Shown: one piece after another, positions 11,513-23,171 of the stretch
Layout: every line of letters begins with the position of its first letter
Numbering within the stretch: position 1 is the stretch's first letter
Source of the DNA: Chiloscyllium plagiosum
Taxonomy: Eukaryota
Assembly (NCBI RefSeq): GCF_004010195.1
Contig: NC_057754.1
Span: forward strand, 1,942,306-2,006,305
Length of the DNA stretch: 64,000 bases
Direction: 5' to 3'
Made by a program: the position numbers and the translations under genes
The notes under the pieces: generated by a model
What the model was told of the DNA's origin: nothing
Database searches by the model: none
What the model saw: only the letters and a program-made list of their open reading frames with translations

Positions 11513-14500
11513 GCTTCACCGCTGACCACCATCCAGGCTCACCTGTGCTTCACCACTGATCACCCTCCGGGCTCGCCAGGCTTCACCACCGACCTCAGCT
11601 TCGCCACTGACCACCATCCAGGCTCACCAGGCGTCACCACCTACTTCAGCTTCACCGCTGACCACCATCCGGGCTCACCAGGCTTCAAAACACTGACCTC
11701 CACTTCACCGCTGATGACCATCCGGCCTCACCAAGCTTCACCACTGACTTCCGCTTCAGCTCTGACCATCATCCGGGCTCACCATGCTTCACCACTGACC
11801 TCCGCTTCACCGCTGATGACCATCCGGGCTCATCAGGCTTCACCACTGACCTCCACTTCACCGCTGATGACCATCCGGGCTCACCAGGCTTCACCACTGA
11901 CTTCCGCTTCAGCACTGACCACCATCCGGGCTCACCATTAACCTCCGCTACACCGCTGACGACCATCTGGGCTCACCAGGCTTCAACACTGACCTCCGCT
12001 TCATCGCTGACCACCATTCGGGCTCACCAGGCTTCACCACTGACCTCCGCTTCAACGCTGACCACCATCCGGGTTCAACAGGCTTCACCACTGACCTCTG
12101 TTTCAGCGTTGACCACCATCTGGGCTCACCAGGCTTCAACACTGACCTCCACTTCACCACTGACCACCATCCAACCTCACCAGGCTTCACCACTCACCTC
12201 CACTTCAGCGCTGACCACCATCTGGGGTTCAACAGGCTTCACCACTGACCTCCGCTTCACCGCTGACCACGATTCGCGTTCAACAGGCTTTGCCACTGAC
12301 CTCTGCTTCACCGCTGACCACGATCGGGTTCACCTGTGCCTCCCTGCTGACCATCTTCAGGGCTTGCCAGGCTTCGCCAACGACCTGTGTTTCACAGCTG
12401 ACCACCATCTGGGCTCACCAGGCTTCACCACTGACTTCCGCTTCAGCGCTGACCACCATCCGGGCTCACCAGGCATCACCACTGACCTCCGCTTCAGTGC
12501 TGACCACCATCCGGGCTCACCAGGCTTCCACACTGATCTCCACTTCACCGCTGACCACCATCCGGGCTCACCAGGCTTCAACACTGACCTCCGCTTCAGC
12601 GCTGACCATGACTGGGTTCACCTGTGCCTCCCTGCTGACCACCCTCAGGGCTCGCCAGGCTTCGCCAATGACCTGTGCTTCACCGCTGACCATCATCGGG
12701 GCTCACCAGGTTTCACCACTGGCTTGTACTTCACCGCTGACCACCATAGGGGCTCACCAGGCTTCACCACCACTGACTTGTGCTTCACTGCTGACCGTCA
12801 TCGGGACTCACCACGCTTCACACCGACTACCACTTCACCGCTGACCACCATCAGGGCGCACCAGACTTCACTACTGACCTGTGCTTGACCGCTGACCACC
12901 ATCCGGGCTCACCAGGCTTCACCATCAACCTGTAATTCACCGTTGACCGCTGACCACCATCAGGGCTCACCAGGCTTCACCATCAACCTCTGTTTCACTG
13001 CTGATTGCCATCGAGGTTCACTAGGCTTCACCATCAACATCTGCTTCACCGCTGACCACCATCCGGGCTCACCAGGCTTCCACACTGATCTTATCTTCAC
13101 CGCTGACCACCATCCGGGGTCACCAGGCTTCACCACTGATCTCCGCTTCACCGCTGACCACCATCCAGGCTCACCAGGCTTCACCACTGACCTCCGCTTC
13201 AGTGCTGACCACCATCCAGGCTCACCAGGCATCGCCACTGACCTCCGCTTCAGTGCTGACCACCATCTGGGCTCACCAGGCTTCACCACTGACCTCCAAT
13301 TCACCGCTGCCCACCATGCGAGCTCACCAGGCATCACCAAGACCTCCACTTCACCGCTGACCACCATCCGGGTTCAACAGCTTCACCAGTGACCTCTGTT
13401 TCAGCGCTAACCACCATCCGTGCTCACCAGGCATCACCACTGACCTCTGCTTCTCCGCTGACCATGATTGGGTTCACCTGTGCCTCCCTGCTGACCACCC
13501 TCAGGGCTCGCCAGGCTTCGCCAATGACCTGTGCTTCACCGCTGACCACCATCGGGGCTTACCAGGCTTCACCACTGGCTTGTACTTCACCGCTGACCAC
13601 CATAGGGGCTCACCAGGCTTCACCATCAATGACTTGTGCTTCACTGCTGACCATCATCGGGGCTCACTACGCTTCACACGGACTACCACTGCACTGCTGA
13701 CCACCATTAGGGCTCACCAGACTTCACTACTGACCTGTGCTTGACCGCTGACCACCATCCGGGCTCACCAGGCTTCACCATCTACCTCTAATTCACCATT
13801 GACCGCTGACCACCATCAGGGCTCACTAGGCTTCACCATCGACCTCTGCTTCACCGCTGATGACCATCCGGGCTCACCAGGTTTCACCACCCACCTTCAC
13901 TTCAGCGCTGACCACCATCAGGGCTCAACAGGCTTCACCACTGACCTCCATTTCACCGCTGCCCACCATCCGGGTTCACCAGGCATCACCACTGACCTCC
14001 ACTTCACTGCTGACCACCATCCGGGTTCAACAGGCTTCACCACTGACCTCTGCTTCAGCGCTGACCACCATCCGGGCTCACTAGGCTTCACCACTGACCT
14101 CCACTTCACCGCTGACTACCATCCAGGCTCACCAGGCTTCAACACTGACCTCCGCTTCAGCGCTGACCACCATCTGGGCTCACCAGGCTTCACCACCGAC
14201 TCTGCTTCAGCGCTGACCACCATTCGGGCTCACCAGGCTTCAACACTGACCTCCACTTCACCGCTGACCACCATCCGGGTTCAACAGGCTTCGCCGCTGA
14301 CCACCATCCGGGCTCACCAGGCATCACCGCTGACCATGATCGGGTTCACCTATGCCTCCCTGCTGACTACCTTCAGGGCTTTGCCACTGACCTCCACTTC
14401 ATCGCTGACCATCATCCGGGTTCAACAGGCTTCAACACTGACCTCTGCTTCACCGCTGACCACCATCCGGGCTCACCAAGCTTCACCACCGACCTCCGCT

Positions 14501-14682
14501 TCACTGCTGACCACCATCGGGGCTCACCATCAACTTCTGCTTCACTGCTGACCGCTGACTGGCATCAGGGTTCACCAGGCTTCACCACCGACCTCCACTT
14601 CACCGCTGACCAATGACCACCATCGGGGCTCACTAGGCTTCACCACCGACCTGTGCTTCACTGCTGACTGCCATCAGCGCTT
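11513..14682. repeat. GC-rich 51-bp tandem array (VNTR/minisatellite), about 60 units, with higher-order blocks
   Basis: Unit ccaccatccgggctcaccaggcttcaccactgacctccgcttcaccgctga is 51 nt, giving a 17-aa period in the ORF track. It contains the internal sub-repeat gcttcaccRctgacc twice. Confidence 0.95.
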
Positions 14683-15062
14683 GCACTGTGCCCCAGCTGC
14701 TGCCACCCTCTGTTGCTGCAGCTGCTCCATAATTGAATTCTCTCCAGAAGATAAGTAAAAATAGCACTAAAAGTTAAAAAAGAGAAAAACGAACGAGAGA
14801 ATAGATAAAAAGGTCAATACTAATGATCGAATAGTCAATTCTAAAAGACAGTATGCAAACAGTTATTTTGCAGAATTTCCCCTACAGAATACTGAAAATG
14901 GAGATTGTAGCAGTCTTCAAAACCCAGTTATTCCATCATTGTGAGGGCAACCACAATAAAGCTGAGCATTTAACAGTTTTGAGTGAGGACAGTGCAGGTC
15001 TGAAGCAATAGATCAGCTACCCTCTCAGTGATCTGTGGTAAGAGGGCCATGGGGAAAAGGAG

Positions 15063-15363
15063 GGGTGGCATGGTGGCTCAGTGGTTAGCACTGCTCCCTC
15101 ACAGTGCCAGGATCCCAGGTTCGATTCCAGCCTCCAGCGACTGTCTGTGTGGAGTTTGCACATTATCCCCGTGTCTGCGTGGGTTTCCTCCGGATGGTCC
15201 TGCTTCCTCCCACAATCCAAAGATGTGCAGGCCAGGTGAATTGGCCACACTAAATTGCCCGTAGTGTTAGGTGCATTTGTCAAAGGGAAATGGGTCTGAA
15301 TGGATTACTGTTCGGAGGGTCGGTGTGGACTTGTTGGGCTGAAGGGCTGTAGGGAATCATCTA
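15063..15363 (+). mobile_element. HE1-type V-SINE, near full length
   Basis: tRNA head with 'tggctcagtggttagc' and 'ggttcgattcc', then the V core and tail. Confidence 0.9.
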
Positions 15364-15385
15364 AAAAGCATTCCAAAATGTCAAA

Positions 15386-15582
15386 GAGCTGCCAGAGGAA
15401 GTGGTAGAGGCTGGTACAATTGCAATGTTTAAAAGGCATCTGGATGGGTAAATGAATAGGAAGGGTTTAGAGAGATATGGGCCAAGTGCTAGCAAATAGG
15501 ACTACATTAGGATAGGTCGGCATGGATGAGTTGGACCGAAGGGTCTGTTTCTGTGCTGTACTTCTCTATGAGTCTCTGACTC
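15386..15582 (+). mobile_element. CR1 3' fragment
   Basis: 'gagctgccagaggaagtggtagaggctggtac...ctctatgagtctctgactct'. Confidence 0.85.
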
Positions 15583-15943
15583 TAAAATGCTCAGCCTGCA
15601 ATTGCGAACAGCTGAGAGACGAATGAACGTGCAAAATTTCACTTCCACAGAAGATTTAAGGCAATGTGTCAATTGAATAGAGATCATATGTAAAGAGGTA
15701 GCTTATTTTGGAAACGTCTAAACAAACATTATTTTGTGTGGTTCGAAATGTTCTCATGGCAGCGTGTTTTTTTATTTGTTGAATTTTGTGAATCATCTTA
15801 TGCTTTAAATCCTGCAATTCAACTTGTGTGTTTATGATTTGAATTCTCTCAGATATTAGGTCCCAGTAGATTGGTAACTAGCAACAAAGATTTGCGCTGG
15901 AGGGCCAGTCTCGATTGCCAAGTCAGTTGGTGAAAGCTAAGAT

Positions 15944-16339
15944 GGAGTGTGGTACTGGAAAAGCACAGCCGGTCAGGCAGCATCTGAGGAGCAGGAGAGT
16001 CGACTTTTCGAGTGTAAGCTTAGAGAGGTGCCCACACCTCAGAAGGCTGTGGAGGTGGAGGAGATTACAGGGAAAGGAGAGGTCAGAGAGAGTGAACATG
16101 GGATAATCTAGATATTGATTGATTGGAAGCTAATGATGGTGAGCAAGCACAGGTGTAACAGTTGGAGGTCAAGACCCATCATAAACACTTAAGCATGGAA
16201 GTGTCGGCCATCGTTTCAGTTTCAGTGCCCAGAGAACTCTGCACAATGAAAAAAGTAGAACTCTCCCTAATGTCCTGGCTATGCTTTTCTAGCACCACAC
16301 TTTTTGACTCTCTAGCATCTGCAGTCCTCACTTTCTCCC
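15944..16339. mobile_element. Fold-back PLE 3'-end insertion carrying a captured 264-bp local sequence
   Basis: The family A minus arm (15944-16020) and plus arm (16281-16339) flank 16020-16283, which is the reverse complement of 16957-17221. The imperfect TSD is aaagctaagat / acagctaaggt. Confidence 0.8.
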
Positions 16340-16459
16340 ACAGCTAAGGTTGGCAGACTACGCACTAAAAAACTCTCCGCATGTGTGGAAACATACTCTG
16401 GAGTCAAAGAGTTGGTGCCTTTGAGGGGAAGTGAGAAAAGTATGTTGTTTACGCGAATA

Positions 16460-16878
16460 AGCTAGGATGAAGGGCTTGTCATATGAGGAGCAGGTGAAGA
16501 TGTTGGGTCGATACTTAAAGGGATTTAGAAGAATAGGGGAGGATGTGATTAAAGCTTACAGGAATTGGGAGGCCTGGATAGAGGGACCTGGGGAAGATGT
16601 TTCCACTATTAGGAGAGACTAGGACCCGAAGACACAGCTTCAGGATGAAGGGACAACCTTTGAGAACTGAGTTGAGAAGGAATTTCTTCAGCCAGATCGT
16701 GGTGATTCTGTGGAACTCACTGCTGCAGAGGGCTGTGGAGGCCAAGTTATTTAATGTACTTAAGACAGATATAGATAGGTTCTTGACTGGTGAGGAGAAT
16801 GGGGTTGAGAAAGAGATCAGCCATGATCGGATTCAGTGGTCTGAATGATCTAATTTTACTTCTATATCTTATAGCCCT
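16460..16878 (+). mobile_element. CR1 3' fragment
   Basis: 'MFPLLGETRTRRHSFRMKGQPLRTELRRNFFSQIVVILWNSL'. Confidence 0.85.
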
Positions 16879-17089
16879 ATCATCTTGTGTCTTTAAAATG
16901 ACTGTATTGACTTCACTTCCTCTGTAGCTGTTTCAATAGCTTAATCTAATTTCAAACATTGGCCAGGATATCAGGGAGAGTTCTACTTTTCTCATCATGC
17001 AGAGTTCTCTGGGCACTGAAACTGAAAAGACGGCCTACACTTCCATGCTTAACTGCTGGTAATGGGTCTTGACTTCCAATGGTTACACC

Positions 17090-17465
17090 TGTGCTTGCTC
17101 ACCTTTATTAGCTTCCAATCAAGCAACATCTAGATTATCCCATGTTCATTCTCTCTGACCTCTCGCTTCTCTGTCATCTCCTCCACCTCCACAGCCTTCT
17201 GCGTTGTGGGCACTTCTCTAATTCTGGCCTCTTTTGCATTCACACTTGTAATTTTCCACTGTTGGCAGCCATGCTGTCAATTACCAAGGCTGAGAGCTCT
17301 GGAATTTCCTCTCTGTATCTCTCTATCTCTGGCTCAAATTCCTCTTCCAAAATACTCCTTACACTTGGTTAACCTAAATGTTTGGATCTCTGACCTCATA
17401 TGTGGCTTGGCATCATATTTTGTTTTATAACCCTCTTGTAAAAGACCTTGAGAACCTGTCACTAC
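17090..17465 (+). mobile_element. Old L2-like LINE 3' remnant
   Basis: It resembles the remnants at 32435-32665 and 61530-61815, including 'ctaaactctggaattcc' type motifs and the L2-type tail. Confidence 0.45.
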
Positions 17466-18924
17466 GGCAAACTCAGGGTTGGTGTGCTAACCACTGAGCC
17501 ACAGCTGACACTGGATCCAGTTTGCAATATTGTACAGTGGGACAGAGCTTTTCAGTTGAGATTCGGAATAGAAATTTGGAATGTAGGCAACAGTAAACTG
17601 GGATCAAAGTTATTAACAAGACAGTTTGTAAAATGTCACCGCTCACGGAGACATTCTGAGAAATGAACCACGTGAACGAAGAAACCTATAGATTTGGGGA
17701 TGCTGGGCTTTCACTGTCAAGATCATTTAAACAAACTGGAAATCAAATAAAGACATGATCAGGATTTGTGCAGTGATATTTTTATGCCTTTAAACCAGCT
17801 GTTCTTTTATTGGGTAATCATTTATTGGGTTTTACTGAATAATCACTGAAGTCAGATATTTTTTTTTCTCATGACCTCTTGCACATTAACTCAATATTTC
17901 TTTTTATGCCTCATTTCTTAATGCAGTAAAAAAAAGTTCTCCAATCAGTTTTTACATTTATTCAGCTGTTAATCAGACAAGTGAATGTAACTATGTAAGC
18001 TTTGTTTAGCAAAGATTGAAAAGGATTCAGCGCCATGTTGCCCCTGCCTCTGTATAAGCATAATAGTTCTGAATATCTAATTGGCTGCAACCCATACCAA
18101 AATGTCAGAGTGGAGTAAAAAGTTGCTTAATTATGTGTAAAATGTTCTTGGACTCAAAAGGCGAGAGACAATGGCTGTTGATGGGAGGACACAATGTAGT
18201 GATAAATGGATTAAATTACAGTTATCTGGTAATGGAGATGTGACAATGTGGAAGATAATTTTTGGCAGATTATGCAAAGGGATATGATTGAAGTTACATG
18301 AACAAGAATATTTAAGTATAGAATTTGAGAGAGAGGGAGGTAGTGGGACCCACAGAGACACAAGACTATCGAATACTGGCAGATCTACATTTTATTGTGT
18401 TAATACAGTTTATCAATGAAAAGTAATTGCTGCAATAGAGGCTTGTTAACTGTAACTAAATCAGGATATCAGTTCGATTCGTTGGAATTCTAGATTAAAA
18501 TGAGCTGGTCTGTGAAAGGCTCTTTATGACTGCTGACTTGAATTTTAAGTAGTTTTTAGGACTGTGTACCTTGTGCCCTCAGCTATCACATCTGACAGAT
18601 CCTGTCTGTTAGATTTTTGCTCAAGGACTGTTTACCCAAGGCTGTCCAGAATAGCTCCAAAATAATAAATATGATTTTTAAAAATCACAAGCTGTGTTGG
18701 CATATAGACCACTGGGGATGGCAAATGGCATTAAATATTTTTCATTTTTTCATTCCTTTATCTCCTTAAACTCTCAATATTGTCTCTCTCTTTAAAAATA
18801 TATTGTTTCTGTACACAACCTGCTTGGCTTTAGAATTTGCAATTTTTTTCCACTTTCTTTCTCTGAGTGGACATTTCTATTTCTGCTCCATATCTGAGAT
18901 CTGTACTATCCTGAACAATAAGGC

Positions 18925-19995
18925 TTATTCTGTCAGGCTGTTCCAGTACAGCTGCAACATTGGTATCTCCCCAACAATGTGAAAAGCTGACCAGGAAATT
19001 CCTGAGCACAAAAAGTGTGACACATCCAACGTGACCACTCAGTGCCCTAACACCGTAATCTTGATCATCACGAAGTGATGGAAGGGGTCATCAACAGTGC
19101 TGTCAAGCAGCACTTACAAAGGAGTAATCTGCTCACTGATGCCCAGTTTGGGTTATGTCAGGGCCACTCAATTCCTGACTTCATTACAACCTTGGTTCAA
19201 ACATAGATTTTAAAAAACCCTGAAATATGGACAAAGGAACTGAATTCCAGAGGTAAGATGAGAGTACCAGACTATGACATCAGGGTAGTATTTGATCTTG
19301 TCTGACAAAAATGATCTCTAGCAAAACTGGAATTGATGGGAATCGGAGAAAAACTCCCCACTGGATGGAGTCTTTATCTACCACAAAGGCAGGTGATTGT
19401 GGTTGTTGGAGGTCAGTCATCTCTGCAGGAGTTCCTGAAGATAATATTCTAGGCCCATCTGTCTTCAGCTGCTTCAACAATGATGTTCCCTGCATCATAA
19501 GGTCAGAAACTGGGATACTCACTAATGATTGCACAGTGTTCAGTATCATTTGCAAGTCCACAAATACTGAAGCAGTCCATGTCCAGATGCAGCAAGACAT
19601 ATACACCATCCATGGTTGGGTTGTTAAATGACATATGTGTCACACAAGTGCCAGGCAATGGCTATCTTCAGTCGGAGGGAATCTAGCCATCATACCTTGA
19701 CAGTCAGTGATGTTATCATTGCTGAATCCTCCAAAATTGATAGCCTGGGGGTTATCATTGATCTGAAGCTGAACTGGCCCAACCATATAACTACTGTACC
19801 TTCAGCAGCAGATCAGAAGCTAGGAATTTGATTTGATTCACTATTGTCACATATACCGAGATACAGTGAAAAATGTTGTTTTGCATGCTCGACAGCCAGA
19901 TCATATTTTGTAAGGAGTGACTCATTTCATGACTCAAAGCCTGTCCAGCATTTATAAGGCACAAGCATTACAACTGTGATGGGAGGAATTCACTG
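18925..19995 (+). mobile_element. CR1-clade LINE RT fragment (second family), decayed
   Basis: 'SAGVPEDNILGPSVFSCFNNDVPCIIRSETGILTNDCTVF' is a degenerate GVPQGSVLGP...FADD RT motif. Confidence 0.85.
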
Positions 19996-20739
19996 GCAGT
20001 TAAGTCCAACTGCATCACAAATCGCATTAGTGGTGTTATTTTGAAGTAGTTACTGAAATGATTAATTGTTTCCCTTTTGTATTGCTTATCAGGGATAAAA
20101 GAGATTTTTGCCAACCTTCTTAAACTCAAAATTATCCATTTATCATAAAACAAAATGCATTCTTAAAACAAGCATTTAAACTGGGTAATATTTGAGGAAT
20201 AATTTGGAATTAGGATTATATCCCTTATTAATCCCAAAGTAAACTCTCACAACACAAAAAACAACGAAGACTCTGCTGAGATGATATTTTAAAGGGGCTG
20301 AAGATTAACACCTTTATTGACAAATGGTCTCAAATGTAAGAGAATTTAATGAAATCTCGCAGACGTCTGGAATTATTATTGACAAAATCAAATTGCTGAC
20401 AACTGCAGACCAATGAAGATCTTCCAAACAGGTTCAGTTTAAATGAAAATCAAGCTAGTTTGAAGTCTTTGGATAGTGGTCACAATTTAGCTTCTCTGTG
20501 TTTACAAAGTAGACAAAATACTAAGATGTGAAAATGTTATCAGTTTTCCAAACACTTCAATAAAAGGAGAAAAGAGAGCCTTTCGCCAATTCTAAGGGTT
20601 TTCTTCCATATAACTTCCTAGGTTTGTGAAGGAGAAATTAAATTTCCAAAGAGTTGTTATGCAGTCATCAGCACAGGGACCTCCTTAATCCTTTCCAAAG
20701 TCAGGTTTTCCAGTAATTAAGGGCAATTAACCATATCTT

Positions 20740-20868
20740 TTGAGGAAGGGTCACTTGACCCGAAACATTAAGTCTGATTTCTCTCCACAGATGCTGCCAG
20801 ACCTGCTGAGCTTTTCCAGCAATTTCTATTTTGTCTCTGATTTACAGCATCCACAGTTCTTTCAGATT
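20740..20868 (+). mobile_element. PLE 3'-end insertion beginning at an HHR core (family B)
   Basis: tTGAGGA-A-GGGTC-ACTT-GACCC-GAAA-CATT is followed by the same tail as 4365-4455. A possible TSD is ttaaccatatcttt / ttaaccacaccctt. Confidence 0.75.
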
Positions 20869-21124
20869 TTAACCACACCCTTTATCTCCCTAAAAGCTTT
20901 GCTTGGTTATTCCCCAAATCTTTGACTTTCTGTAATCAACGTGCAAATCACAGCCCCATTAAATTGTTGAACTTATTTTCAAAGAAATTGCATGAGTTTC
21001 CTTCAAACCCTTTATAAGAGGCCTTTTTAATTCAGAAAGTGTGCAAATCATCCAATAATCTCTAGTTTTTGTCACATAGGCCATAAAAACAAGTGTGTGT
21101 TCTGAAAGAAAACAAGTCAGTAGC

Positions 21125-21640
21125 ATGATGGATACCCTCCAGTTGTCTGGATGAGTGCAGCTCCAGCAATATACAAGGAGACTCATGCCATGGGATAAAG
21201 CAGCCTGCTTGATTGGTACCCAATCTAATACCTTCAACATTTACATCCAGTACTACTGATGATGAATGGCAGAAATATATACCTTCTACAAGATGTAGTG
21301 CAACAAATTGGACTCATTCCCTTGCACCTACTGAACCTGTGATCTCTATCATCTAGTTGGATAATGACAGTGGATGCATGGATAATTCTAAGTTGCAACT
21401 TTCTGCAATTTCCCCTACAAGCCACACACCATCCTGACCTAGAATTATATCATTGCTCCTTTTCTGTGGCTGGTAAAAGAACTCCCTGGAAATACTGTCC
21501 TAACAACCCTATCTTGAACCTATACCACATGACTTCAGCTGTTCCAGAAAGCAGGTCATTTCCACCTCCTCAAGAGCAAATAGAGATGTGGAATAAATGC
21601 CAACCTCGCAAGTGATGATACATCCCCTGAATGAATTAAC
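21125..21640 (+). mobile_element. CR1-clade LINE 3' fragment (second family)
   Basis: Homologous to 31945-32410 and 38390-38868. Confidence 0.7.
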
Positions 21641-21714
21641 ACTAAAAGATAGGTTCCAGCTGTAATACTGTGGCTAATTGTGGGAACCATACCTTGTGAT
21701 GAATTTCATGGCAT

Positions 21715-22130
21715 GACTGAAGGTGTGGAGGAGATTTACTCAAATGGGCAACATATTAAAGACTTCAGTTACGTTGGGAGATTAGAGAAACTCAGGTTAT
21801 TCTCCTTAGACCAGAGAAGTTTAAGTGAGATTTAATAGAGGTGGTCAAAATTTAGATGGGCAAAGTAGGAACTGTTTTAAATGGCAGGAGAGTCAATAAC
21901 TAGAGTGCACAGTTTTAGGATGATTATTGAAAGAACCAGGAGCAATGTGTAAAAATGTTCTTTTTATATAGCAATTTGTTATAATATTGAATGTGCTACC
22001 TACAAAGGTAATGAAAATTGATTCAATAATAATTTCCAAGAGGAAATTGGATTTATAATTGAAAAGGAAGAAAATGCTGCTTTATGAGAAATAAGCGGCG
22101 GCTGAAGCTAATTGGGTAGCTCAGAGAACC
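21715..22130 (+). mobile_element. Old CR1 3' fragment
   Basis: 'ggagagatttact...ttagagaaactcaggttattctccttagaccagagaag' resembles the CR1 ORF2 C-terminus. Confidence 0.6.
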
Positions 22131-22873
22131 CACACATAGGCATGTGGGCTTCGTCCTGTGCTGCATTCTCTTATGGTTAATGAGCACCAGTACAGGTCAA
22201 AGCTAATCCATTTCCTACCGTATATGTTCATGAAAATAACTATCTCAGCTAGATGCAAAAATGTAGCAGTGAAAAGCTTGGCATAGGGTGAATTTTCTAG
22301 CACTGTTTTCTGTCTGGCATAAAGTGATGCATTTCCCTTGTTGCAAACAAATGAGATGGGGTTCATCAGTTCCCGTCTTTTGAACCTCCCTACTTAGCTG
22401 CATCAAAGACTTAAGTTCTTTCTAGCATGTGGCTGTACCTTTCCTCAATTAAAATGTAATTAATTGTTTTCACCAGAAACACCAAGAACAAATGGTTTTC
22501 CTGAGTGAAAGAGAGAATAATTTTATTAGCTGCTAATCTCGAGTAAAGTAATAAAGATCTGTTATCAGGTATCACATGGGCTCACATGCAAATACATATG
22601 TGAAGTTAAAAGGGAATAGTGTCCATTATATAAAGGAAATTAAGTTTAAACTTCTTAAGGTGACCTTGATACGTGTGAGTTTAACCTGAGACCACAGTTG
22701 GTTAGTTGATTTCTAGGACTGTCAGCAGTAGAGAATGTTGCAGTTGTGCTCTGAATTATTAGTGCCATTATATTTCTTTCCAATTAGTATTGCCACAGAA
22801 CACATTTTAATCTTGAAAAAAAGAGAAAGTACTCAGCCTGTGTTCGGTGCTGTAGCCTTCATCTCGTCCAGCC

Positions 22874-23140
22874 TTGTGTGTGTGTGGAGTTTACATGTTC
22901 TCCTCATGTCTGCATGGGTTTTCATTTGGTGCTCTGGTTTCCTTCACAGTCCAAAGATATGTAAGTTAGGTGGATTTGCTGTGCTAAATTGCCCATAGTA
23001 TTCAGGGATGTGTAGGTTAGCCATGAGAGATGCAGGGTTATAAGATAGGGGGATGGTCTGAGGTGGGATGATCTTTGGAGGGTTTCTGTGGACTTGTTGG
23101 ACTGATAGCTTGTTTCCACACTAGGGGTTCTATTCTAATC
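22874..23140 (+). mobile_element. HE1-type V-SINE, 5'-truncated
   Basis: V core 'gtgtggagtttacatgttctcc...cacagtccaaagatatg' plus tail. Confidence 0.8.
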
Positions 23141-23171
23141 GATTCTATTTCCCTCTCTGCCACAGACCAGG

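Noticed and set aside
11420..14551. Long ORFs (up to 259 aa) with ADHHPGSPGFTTDLRFT or LTTIRAHQASPLTSASP repeats as a mucin-like or His-rich protein
   Set aside because: The 51-bp unit is stop-free in several frames on both strands and the frame shifts repeatedly along the array. No unique domain or splice context is present, so this is a VNTR artefact.
11513..14682. CRISPR array
   Set aside because: Units are contiguous with no unique spacers, there are no cas genes, and the context is vertebrate.
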